From assembly GCA_041174985.1 (NCBI GenBank), contig JBEDFW010000016.1, positions 1-33,075 of the forward strand: a stretch of DNA of 33,075 bases, in the 5' to 3' direction. Shown piece by piece: positions 8,353-16,722 of the stretch; the first letter of the stretch is position 1; each line of letters begins with the position of its first letter. The DNA is from Actinomycetota bacterium (lineage in GTDB: Bacteria > Actinomycetota > Acidimicrobiia > Acidimicrobiales > Ilumatobacteraceae). The translations under genes and the position numbers were made by a program. The notes under the pieces were generated by a model. That model was not told the DNA's origin and searched no databases. It worked only from the letters and a program-made list of their open reading frames with translations.

Positions 8353-9048
8353 GTGCGGGCACGTCTGCGCACGTGGCCTCATCAACCCGGGGTCGCTCAA
8401 TTGGTGCTCACCGATCACACCAAGGCTCCGTCGTACACCACCCTCGCCGATTGGCTCAACGTGCTGCGCCACTGGAACTTCCGGACGGTCCGAACCGGTG
8501 CACTCGCCGAGACCGCCACCGAGTCGTTCGTCGAACACGGTTTTCATTGTGTGCAACGACTCGCCTTGTTGCGAGGCGAGCTCGATCGCCGAACATCGCT
8601 GTCCGCGCCTCGCCACGAACTCCGACCTCTGCGCGGACCGCAGCAACTCGCCGTGGCCGCGCGGATCGACGCGTCGGCCTTCGAGGACGGATGGGAGCTC
8701 GACGTCGACGCGATCGTCGATGCGTGTCGTGCCACGCCGCAGCATCGCATCCGGCTCGCCGTCACGGCGACCGATCAACCGGTGGGTTACGTCATCACCG
8801 GACGTAACGGAGCCGCTGGCTTCGTTCAACGACTCGCCGTGGTTCCCGAGTTCGCCGGACAAGGAATCGCCACGTCACTTCTTCTCGACGGACTCCGTTG
8901 GCTGCAGCGTCGCGGTGTTCGTGAGGTTCTGGTCAACACCAACTTCGACAACGACCGGGCCCTCGAGTTGTACGAGCGTTTCGGGTTCGCGCTTCTCCCC
9001 GAATCTCTTCAGGTTTACGAACGCGGCCTGCTCGAGGATGCATCGTGA
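8353..9048 (+). CDS. GNAT-family N-acetyltransferase
   Basis: The C-terminal GNAT core is GFVQRLAVVPEFAGQGIATSLLLDGLRWL...ALELYERFGF. The start is uncertain: GTG 8353 is preferred, with alternatives at GTG 8290, ATG 8257 and GTG 8245. Confidence 0.75.
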   Translation: MRARLRTWPHQPGVAQLVLTDHTKAPSYTTLADWLNVLRHWNFRTVRTGALAETATESFVEHGFHCVQRLALLRGELDRRTSLSAPRHELRPLRGPQQLAVAARIDASAFEDGWELDVDAIVDACRATPQHRIRLAVTATDQPVGYVITGRNGAAGFVQRLAVVPEFAGQGIATSLLLDGLRWLQRRGVREVLVNTNFDNDRALELYERFGFALLPESLQVYERGLLEDAS

Positions 9049-11099
9049 AACGGTGGTTTCTCGCCTCACTTCTCTCGGTGATCGTGGCGCCCCTGGTCGT
9101 TCCCCGTGCCGTCGAGGCCGAAGTTCTCGAACGGGTGGGATCGTTGCTGTCACAGGATCAGTACGTCGCCGGCGTCGAAGGATCGTCGTTCGGGTTGAGT
9201 CTTTTCATCCAGGGTGAGAGCACCCTCGGCAATCGGGCGCCCACGTCACTCGTGATCACATCGCATCGTCCGGTCGAGTCGCGCCAAGAACTGCACGACG
9301 CCATCGACGGCAAACTTCCCTCCAATGTCGACACCCTCCGAGTCCCGATCGACGAGACCAACCGAACCGCTTCCGGGGTGATCGACCTCGTGGTTCCGAT
9401 CGAACTCGGAACAACGACGACCGACAAACTTCAGATGTCGGCCGAGGGGCTCTATCCGGTGTCGATCGCCTTGGCCGTCGGGGACGAGATCACCGATCGC
9501 CTGGTCACCTTCGTCGAGCGCCTGCCCGAAGGTGCCACGACTCCGGCGACGGTCGCTCCGCTCGCCGTGTCGATCGTCGGTCTCGTGTCGGGTTCGGTCA
9601 CCTTGCAACCCGACGGTTCGACGTCGATCTCCGACGATGATCGCGCCGCCTTGGCCGAACTCGTCGCGGCAGGTGAATCACTTCCCGGGATTCCACTGAC
9701 GGTTGGTGTGCGACCCGAACTCGTCGAGGGTCTGTCCCGATCGACCTCGGACGACGCCCAGCTTCTCGCGTCACTGCAGTTCACCGACGCGATGACGTTC
9801 CTCTCGCTTCCCTACGTCTCGATCGAACCCGGAGCCGTGGCTGGCACGTCGTTCAGTGACGTCTTCCTCGACCAACTCCGACTGGGTGACGACGCGCTCT
9901 CCGATCAGCTACCCCTCACGACCCCACGTCGAGTGGCCTGGCCGTCGACTCGTGCGGTGTCGGCCGTGGAGGCTCAGTTCGTTCAGGACGTCGGTTATCG
10001 ATCGATACTTCTTCTGCCCGAATCGCAACTCGCTGAAGGCATGGAGTTGCTGCGATTCGTCGATCCGACTCGCCTGGTCGATCTCGAGCTCCCCGATCGC
10101 GGCGCGATCGAGGCGATCCTCGCCGACCTGCGTATCTCCGACATCCTCACGCGGGCCGAAGCGGGGCCGGCGAGTGATGCGTTCCTCGCCGCCCAACACG
10201 TCTTGGCCGATCTCAAGATGCTCCGACGCGAGATCACCGATCTGGGTGAGTCGGTGTCCGGTCGCTCGATCGTGGTCGCGTCACGTGACGGGTCGCTCCT
10301 GTCGGTCGACACCCTCACGTCGTTGGTCGACACCTTGTCGGCATCGGGCCTGGTCGAACTCGTCGACCTCGACGACGCCGTCTCACGAACCGCGGTCGGG
10401 CTGACCGACGGACGTCCGGTTTCGGTGGCCCTACCCGCCACGTCCGCCGTGACATCGACCGATCCATACGCCGTGGTCGCTCTGGCCGAGGCCCGGGCCG
10501 ACGCGTATTCGTCGCTCCTCCCCGACGGTGACGATCGGCCGATCGCCTGGCGTCAGCTCCTCGACGTCGCCGCCGATGATCGATTGAGTCCCGAGCGCCG
10601 ACGGGAATACGTCGACACGATCGTGGCCGCCACCGATTCGGTGGTCGAGGGACTGGTCGCACCCACGTCGACGAGTTTCACGCTCGGCGGACGCGTGAGC
10701 GAGATACGTCTCGGTCTCTTGAACGAGGGTTCGACCGACATCCTCGTGCGGCTTCGCTTGTCATCACCCAAACTCGACTTTCCCGACGGCGAACCCGTGA
10801 TCACCCTCGTCGCCGGAAGTCTGACCCCGGTCGAAATCGCCGTGAAAGCCCGTTCGAACGGCCGATTCCCGGTCACCGTGCAGATCGTGACCCCCGAAGG
10901 CGGTGTGGCACTCACCGAGCCGATCGTCTTCACCGCCCGGGTGAACGCCCTGGCCGGATTGGGTCAGGTGGTCACCGGCGTGGCCTTGCTTCTCCTGGCC
11001 ACCTGGTGGGTCCATCACTGGCGGGGGCAGTTCCGCCGCCGACAGAACGACGTACTCGCCAGCACGACGCGCCACCCGAGTGGCGAGGGTCCGAGCTGA
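9045..11099 (+). CDS. large secreted, C-terminally membrane-anchored protein (Rv3909-like, DUF6049 candidate)
   Basis: It has an N-terminal signal-like MKRWFLASLLSVIVAPLVVPRAVEA and a C-terminal TM, VVTGVALLLLATWWVHHW. Its position between cca and the kinase/sigma block matches Rv3909 of M. tuberculosis. The GTG start overlaps the GNAT stop (GTGA). Confidence 0.65.
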   Translation: MKRWFLASLLSVIVAPLVVPRAVEAEVLERVGSLLSQDQYVAGVEGSSFGLSLFIQGESTLGNRAPTSLVITSHRPVESRQELHDAIDGKLPSNVDTLRVPIDETNRTASGVIDLVVPIELGTTTTDKLQMSAEGLYPVSIALAVGDEITDRLVTFVERLPEGATTPATVAPLAVSIVGLVSGSVTLQPDGSTSISDDDRAALAELVAAGESLPGIPLTVGVRPELVEGLSRSTSDDAQLLASLQFTDAMTFLSLPYVSIEPGAVAGTSFSDVFLDQLRLGDDALSDQLPLTTPRRVAWPSTRAVSAVEAQFVQDVGYRSILLLPESQLAEGMELLRFVDPTRLVDLELPDRGAIEAILADLRISDILTRAEAGPASDAFLAAQHVLADLKMLRREITDLGESVSGRSIVVASRDGSLLSVDTLTSLVDTLSASGLVELVDLDDAVSRTAVGLTDGRPVSVALPATSAVTSTDPYAVVALAEARADAYSSLLPDGDDRPIAWRQLLDVAADDRLSPERRREYVDTIVAATDSVVEGLVAPTSTSFTLGGRVSEIRLGLLNEGSTDILVRLRLSSPKLDFPDGEPVITLVAGSLTPVEIAVKARSNGRFPVTVQIVTPEGGVALTEPIVFTARVNALAGLGQVVTGVALLLLATWWVHHWRGQFRRRQNDVLASTTRHPSGEGPS

Positions 11100-11125
11100 G
11101 ACCCGACCACCAGTACTGTTGACTC

Positions 11126-11983
11126 GTGCCCACTTTTCCCCCCGGCGTCCGAGTGATCACCGACAGTTCGTGCGACCTACCGCAGGATCTGGCCGACTCC
11201 CTGGGCGTGCGCATCGTTCCACTCTTCATTCGCTTCGGCGACGAAGAACTGGTCGATCGCGACGATCTGTCGACGGCTCAGTTCTGGGCTCGATGCGCCA
11301 ACGAATCCGACCTGCCCTCGACCGCTGCGCCGCCGCCGGGCCGATTCGAATCCACGATTCGTGAATTGGCGGCCGAAGGAGCCACCGGAGTCCTCGTCGT
11401 CTCGTTGTCCGGTGCATTGTCGGCGACTCTCCAGAGTGCCGAACTCGGAGCGGCCGGGGTCGGCGACCTGATTCCGTTGCGGGTGGTCGACAGCCGAACC
11501 GTGTCGATGGGCCTCGGCTCGATCGTGGTCGCCTGTGCCCGGGCCGGGCTCGAGGGACGCTCCCTCGACGACGTGACCACCCTGGCTCGTGACCTCGTCG
11601 ATCGGTGTCAGGTCTGGGGAGCACTCGACACCCTCGACAACCTGAAAAAGGGTGGCCGAATCGGCGGCGCCAAGGCCATGGTGGCCTCGGTTCTCTCGAT
11701 CAAACCGATCATCGAGGTCCGTGATGGTGTGGTTCAAGAGGGTGGAAAGCAGCGAACTCGCTCCAAGGCACTCGCTTTCTTGGTCGACAAGGTGCGCGAG
11801 AACGTGGCGTCACCCGGAATCACCCAATTGAGCGTCTTGCAAGCCGACTGCAGCGACGTCGATGCGTTCGTCGCTCAATTGAAGAGCGTGTATTCCGGAG
11901 AGATCATCGTCGGCGACATCGGTGCGGTGATCGGAACTCACGCGGGTCGCGGAACCATCGGTGTGGCGTTCTTCAACGCGTGA
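11126..11983 (+). CDS. DegV-family fatty-acid-binding protein
   Basis: VRVITDSSCDLPQDLADSLGVRIVPLFIRFGDEE and the later GALSATLQSA and LKKGGRIG match the DegV family. Confidence 0.85.
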   Translation: MPTFPPGVRVITDSSCDLPQDLADSLGVRIVPLFIRFGDEELVDRDDLSTAQFWARCANESDLPSTAAPPPGRFESTIRELAAEGATGVLVVSLSGALSATLQSAELGAAGVGDLIPLRVVDSRTVSMGLGSIVVACARAGLEGRSLDDVTTLARDLVDRCQVWGALDTLDNLKKGGRIGGAKAMVASVLSIKPIIEVRDGVVQEGGKQRTRSKALAFLVDKVRENVASPGITQLSVLQADCSDVDAFVAQLKSVYSGEIIVGDIGAVIGTHAGRGTIGVAFFNA

Positions 11984-12048
11984 GAATTCGTCCCGTTTCG
12001 CAATTCCCCTGAATACGAGGCCTGCACAACTAGCGTTTCGAGTCGAGC

Positions 12049-13668
12049 ATGTCGACGTCGGACAACACCCCACGGCCAGAGGCCGTCATCGCTGGTCGCT
12101 ACCGACTGGACCGCCCGTGGGCTCACGGTGGAATGGCCGACGTCTGGAAGGCCACTGACCTCCAGCTTTCGCGCACGGTCGCCATCAAACTTCTGAAGCC
12201 ACATCTCACGGCTGATCGCACGGTGGCCGAACGTTTCCGTCGTGAAGCGGTCGCCGCCGCGAGTCTCAACCACCAGAACATCGTCGCCGTGTACGACGCC
12301 GTCGAGGACAACGGTCGTCAGGCCGTCGTGATGGAGTTCATCGACGGCAAGTCGTTGCGCACTCTGCTCGACGAACGACACACACTCACGCCGCGATTGA
12401 CCGTGCACATCGGTGCCGGCATCTGCGCAGCCCTCGACGCCGCCCACGCCAAGGGCATCATTCACCGCGACGTGAAACCGGGCAACGTCCTCGTCACCCG
12501 CGACGGACGCGTGATGCTCACCGACTTCGGTATCGCGAAGGCACTCGGCTCGGGTGAAGACCTGACGAGCGAGAACATCATGATGGGCACGGCGAAATAT
12601 CTGTCGCCGGAGCAGGTGAGGGGTGACGAACTCGACCTGCGCGCCGACCTCTACTCACTCGGTCTCGTGCTCTACGAATGTCTGGCCGGCAAGGTGCCTT
12701 TCGTCGGCAAGAACGACACCGAAACCGCACTGGCTCGGTTGCAGAAGGATCCGACCGATCTCGGCTCGGTTCGCTCCGATGTATCGCCCCAGTTGTCGGC
12801 GGTGATCCATCGCATGATCGAGCGTGATCCCCGTCGCCGCTACTCGAGTGGAGCCGAAGCGCGAGCAGCCCTGCGAGCAGCACAGTCGGTCGACGGCAAC
12901 GAGACGCCGAGCGACGCCGACCGAGATCGTGCCCGCCAAGCGCACCCGAGTGGCGATCGCACGCCGACACCCGGAAAGGTCATTCGCCCTCAGGGTCACA
13001 CGCCGTCCAATCCTTCGCGTCCTCGACCTCCCGCCGAGACCGGGACACCGAGTCGCCCGACGCCGCGAAGCCCCCGCGTCTCACCCGTCGTGTGGGCCGG
13101 TGGAATCATCGCGGTTCTCGCGGTCATCGCACTCGTCGTGCGCGTCGTGGGCAACAGCGACGACGGAGCAGCGTTACCGCTACCGGCAGCCACGACTGCT
13201 CCGCCCGAGCCGACCGGACCACCGAGCATTGCCGGAGTGACGGCCTTCGACCCCGAAGGTGACGCCGTCGAGAACGACGGCGACGTGCGCTGGACCACCG
13301 ACGGCGATCTCGGAACCATCTGGTCGACGGTTTGCTACAAGTCCCAGACGTTCGGCAGCAAGTCCGGTGTCGGTCTCATCGTGCAGTTGAACGAACCCAA
13401 TCTGGCTCGTGTCGACGTCGAGATCACCAATTCGGCGTGGAAGGCCGACCTCTACGGATCCAACGTGGTGGGTAACGACGTGGTGTCGTGGGGAGAGCCG
13501 ATCGCGCGCGGTTCGTCCGACGACGGACCGACTCTCATCGGAGTCACGTCGAGTCCGGTTCAGTACGTGATGGTGTACCTCCGCGAAGTAAGTCGCGATC
13601 CGGGCTGCAGTGACGCCAATCCGTATCGCGGCAACATCGCCGAGATACGTGTGTCGCCGGCACCGTGA
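12049..13668 (+). CDS. transmembrane Ser/Thr protein kinase with a non-PASTA extracellular beta-rich domain
   Basis: Catalytic motifs are intact: GGMADVW, VAIK, HRDVKPGN, DFG and GTAKYLSPE. A Pro-rich linker follows, then one TM (VVWAGGIIAVLAVIALVV) and a C-terminal ectodomain of about 170 aa. Confidence 0.88.
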   Translation: MSTSDNTPRPEAVIAGRYRLDRPWAHGGMADVWKATDLQLSRTVAIKLLKPHLTADRTVAERFRREAVAAASLNHQNIVAVYDAVEDNGRQAVVMEFIDGKSLRTLLDERHTLTPRLTVHIGAGICAALDAAHAKGIIHRDVKPGNVLVTRDGRVMLTDFGIAKALGSGEDLTSENIMMGTAKYLSPEQVRGDELDLRADLYSLGLVLYECLAGKVPFVGKNDTETALARLQKDPTDLGSVRSDVSPQLSAVIHRMIERDPRRRYSSGAEARAALRAAQSVDGNETPSDADRDRARQAHPSGDRTPTPGKVIRPQGHTPSNPSRPRPPAETGTPSRPTPRSPRVSPVVWAGGIIAVLAVIALVVRVVGNSDDGAALPLPAATTAPPEPTGPPSIAGVTAFDPEGDAVENDGDVRWTTDGDLGTIWSTVCYKSQTFGSKSGVGLIVQLNEPNLARVDVEITNSAWKADLYGSNVVGNDVVSWGEPIARGSSDDGPTLIGVTSSPVQYVMVYLREVSRDPGCSDANPYRGNIAEIRVSPAP

Positions 13669-14246
13669 CCGACGACGAACTCGTCGAGCGAGCGCAAGAA
13701 GGCGACTCGGCTGCGCTCGAAGAACTGCTTCGCCGCCAACACCCTCGCCTACACGCGGTGTGCACCCGCATTCTCGGGCGGCGAGCCGACGCCGATGACG
13801 CTGCTCAGAACGCGCTCATCGCAATCGTTCGCGGACTTCCCAGCTTCGACGGACGTTCGGCTTTCTCCACCTGGGCCTATCGCATCGCCACCAACGCAGC
13901 ACTCGACGAACTGCGGCGACGACGGCGACGACCCCAGCCTCGCCTCACCGAATCCGACGGTCGGTCCGATCCGGTCGATCGTCACTCCGACGACGCGATG
14001 CGCGCCCTCGAGAACCGCGAGGTCGTCGAGCGGGCTCTCGCCGCTCTTCCCGACGAGTTCCGGGTGGCAGTCGTCCTGCGTGACGTGGCCGACCTCGATT
14101 ACGAGAGCATCGCCGCCGTCCTCGATGTCCCCATCGGCACGGTTCGTTCCCGCATCGCTCGGGGTCGAGCCCTGCTCGCCGACGGGGTCGGGAACCGAAC
14201 CAGTGCGTCGGAACGTCAAACCTCCCCGGACGGAGATGAACGATGA
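13665..14246 (+). CDS. ECF sigma-70 family sigma factor (SigM/SigT-like by synteny)
   Basis: Region 2 is DAAQNALIAIVRGLPSFDGRSAFSTWAYRIATNAALDELRRR. Region 4 is ALAALPDEFRVAVVLRDVADLDYESIAAVLDVPIGTVRSRIARGR. The GTG start overlaps the kinase stop (GTGA). Confidence 0.88.
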   Translation: MTDDELVERAQEGDSAALEELLRRQHPRLHAVCTRILGRRADADDAAQNALIAIVRGLPSFDGRSAFSTWAYRIATNAALDELRRRRRRPQPRLTESDGRSDPVDRHSDDAMRALENREVVERALAALPDEFRVAVVLRDVADLDYESIAAVLDVPIGTVRSRIARGRALLADGVGNRTSASERQTSPDGDER

Positions 14247-15031
14247 ACGACCCCACGCGACACTCCGGTTCCCTCCCCGAGCCGAGCCGCGACGCAACGA
14301 GTGACGTCGACTGGTGGGCGAGCCGTCTCGTCGACGGGGAGATCGCCTTCGCCGACGTTCCGGCCGATCTTCGACGCGAGGTCGACGGACGAGTCGCCGT
14401 GTTCGCCACCCAACGACGCACCATGTTGCGCTCGGCGGCCGATCATCACGTCGACACCCGAGTCGTCGATGCTGCAGTGACTGCAGCACTCGATCCACAC
14501 GACGCGGTGGTCGTTCCTCTTCGACGTCGACTCGTTCCGTTCTTCGCCGTGGCGGCCGCATCGATCGCCGTCATCGCCTTCGGTGCGTCGGTGTTGCAAC
14601 GAGACGACGACACCGACGTGGTCGCCCTCGATGCGTCGGTCGAGGTCGTCGCGTCTAGCGCTGTTCCCGCCATCGGTGACGAACCGGTCGAGAGAACGGT
14701 CGCGTCCGCACCCGGTGACGAGGAAAGCGCCGCCGCGATGTCTCTCGACAGCACCGTCGATTCACCGGATCAGGGTCCGGCATCGATGCCGGCGTCGGTG
14801 GTCGACATTGCGAACACCGACGAACTTGCCGACTTCACGCGCGAGTGGTGGACCGCTCCCCCGCCGACCGCCGACGGTGAGCCGATCTGTCGTGACGACC
14901 TCGGCCGACGCCCCGTAGCCGTGCGTTTGACCTTCGCCGGAGTCGAGACCGAGGTCTACTTCTCCCCCGAGCAGGGAGTGATGTTGCTCTCGATGGCCGA
15001 CTGTTCGAAGTTGGCCAGCATCCTCCCCTGA
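14243..15031 (+). CDS. putative single-pass anti-sigma factor
   Basis: It lies immediately downstream of the ECF sigma with an ATGA overlap. There is one central TM (LVPFFAVAAASIAVIAFGASVL). No HxxxCxxC zinc motif is present. The call rests on position and topology only. Confidence 0.5.
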   Translation: MNDPTRHSGSLPEPSRDATSDVDWWASRLVDGEIAFADVPADLRREVDGRVAVFATQRRTMLRSAADHHVDTRVVDAAVTAALDPHDAVVVPLRRRLVPFFAVAAASIAVIAFGASVLQRDDDTDVVALDASVEVVASSAVPAIGDEPVERTVASAPGDEESAAAMSLDSTVDSPDQGPASMPASVVDIANTDELADFTREWWTAPPPTADGEPICRDDLGRRPVAVRLTFAGVETEVYFSPEQGVMLLSMADCSKLASILP

Positions 15032-15073
15032 TCGCATCGTGCTCCGACGACATGACTCGCTAGCCTCGCCCTC

Positions 15074-15400
15074 ATGGCTGGGAACCCGCTGAACGATCCG
15101 TACTGGGCATCCGACGTCACCGACACCATCGTCTCGACGATCGACAAGGTGCGTGATCGCACCACAACACCGGTCGTCATGATCGCACGTGGACTCGTGT
15201 TCGGACTTCTGTGCACCTTCCTCGGACTCTTCATCCTCGTCGTGTTCCTGGTGGGCCTGACGCGCGGAGTGATCGCGATCTTCGAAGCACCTCTCGATCA
15301 CGACACCTCCGTATGGGTCTCGTACTACCTGATCGGTGGCGTATTCCTTCTCATCGGATCGATCTGCATGATCAAGCGTCAGAGTCGAGACGACGACTGA
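15074..15400 (+). CDS. small membrane protein (2 TM), function unknown
   Basis: 108 aa. The TM segments are VVMIARGLVFGLLCTFLGLFILVVFLVGL and VWVSYYLIGGVFLLIGSICMI. Its stop overlaps the trxB ATG (TGATG). Confidence 0.55.
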   Translation: MAGNPLNDPYWASDVTDTIVSTIDKVRDRTTTPVVMIARGLVFGLLCTFLGLFILVVFLVGLTRGVIAIFEAPLDHDTSVWVSYYLIGGVFLLIGSICMIKRQSRDDD

Positions 15401-16344
15401 TGGGTCAGCACCACCGCGTCATCATCATCGGATCGGGTCCGGCCGGACTCACTGCTGCGATCTACACGGCTCGCGCCAACCTCGCTCCTTTCGTGATCGA
15501 AGGCGAACCATCGAGCACGAGCGACCAGCCGGGTGGTCAGTTGATGCTCACCACCGAAGTCGAGAACTTCCCCGGGTTCCCCGAGGGAATCATGGGCCCC
15601 GAGTTGATGGGGCGCTTCAAGGAACAAGCCCAGCGTTTCGGTGCCACGTTCCTCACCGCCAAGGCGACCAAGGTCGAGTTCGGCCAGAAGCCCCTCAAGG
15701 TTCACGTGTACGACGACGTACACACTGGCGATGCGGTGATCGTGTCGACCGGAGCGCAGAGTCTGATGCTCGGCCTCGAGGCCGAAGAGCGACTCATCGG
15801 ACACGGATTGTCCACCTGCGCCACGTGTGATGGTTTCTTCTTCCGCGGCAAGGAAATCGCCGTGGTCGGTGGCGGAGACTCGGCCATCGAAGAAGCGACT
15901 TTTCTCACCAAGTTCGCGTCCAAGGTGACGCTCATCCATCGCCGCGACACGTTGCGTGCGAGCAAGATCATGCAGGATCGTGCGCTCACCAATCCCAAGA
16001 TCGAGATGCGTTGGAACAGCGCGGTCACCGAACTGTTCGGAACCGATCAACTCGAAGGAATTCAGCTTCGCGACACGGTGACCGGCGCCGAGAGTCGCCT
16101 CGACGTCGCCGGTCTGTTCATCGCCATCGGTCATCGACCCAACACCGATGTGTTCGCCGGTGTCCTCGACATGGAAGACAGCGGTTACTTGATCACGCGA
16201 CCCGACTCCACGTACACCAACGTTCCGGGTGTGTTCGCGTGCGGAGACGTGAAGGACCACGTCTATCGACAGGCCATCACGGCGGCCGGCTCGGGCTGCA
16301 TGGCGGCCATCGACGCCGAACGCTGGCTTGAAGCACAGCACTAG
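15400..16344 (+). CDS. trxB: thioredoxin-disulfide reductase
   Basis: Trimmed to MGQHHRVIIIGSGPAGLTAAIY. It contains the redox-active CATCDG and the GGGDSA NADPH motif. Confidence 0.95.
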   Translation: MGQHHRVIIIGSGPAGLTAAIYTARANLAPFVIEGEPSSTSDQPGGQLMLTTEVENFPGFPEGIMGPELMGRFKEQAQRFGATFLTAKATKVEFGQKPLKVHVYDDVHTGDAVIVSTGAQSLMLGLEAEERLIGHGLSTCATCDGFFFRGKEIAVVGGGDSAIEEATFLTKFASKVTLIHRRDTLRASKIMQDRALTNPKIEMRWNSAVTELFGTDQLEGIQLRDTVTGAESRLDVAGLFIAIGHRPNTDVFAGVLDMEDSGYLITRPDSTYTNVPGVFACGDVKDHVYRQAITAAGSGCMAAIDAERWLEAQH

Positions 16345-16392
16345 GTGCCTCGCGGTAACCTGTCGGCGACCGTTCCCGACAAAGGATTTCTC

Positions 16393-16722
16393 ATGGCCGA
16401 TGGCATCGTGACCCTCACCAGCAGCACATTCGACGAGACCGTCAACTCGGCGTCCACCGCCGTCGTGGTCGATTTCTGGGCCGAGTGGTGCGGACCGTGC
16501 AAGATGATCGCACCGATCCTCGGTGAGATCGCCCAGGAGAAGGCCGGTCAGGTGACGATCGCCAAGTTGAACGTCGACGATCACGGCGACATCGCCATGC
16601 GCTACAACGTCATGAGCATTCCGACTCTTCTCGTCTTCAAGGACGGCGAGCTGAAAAAGCGGATGGTCGGAGCCAAGGGCAAGGGTCAACTCCTGCAGGA
16701 GTTGGAGGAATTCCTCGGCTGA
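16393..16722 (+). CDS. trxA: thioredoxin
   Basis: Trimmed to the ATG at 16393, which has an AAAGGA Shine-Dalgarno 6 nt upstream. The WCGPC active site is present. Confidence 0.95.
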   Translation: MADGIVTLTSSTFDETVNSASTAVVVDFWAEWCGPCKMIAPILGEIAQEKAGQVTIAKLNVDDHGDIAMRYNVMSIPTLLVFKDGELKKRMVGAKGKGQLLQELEEFLG

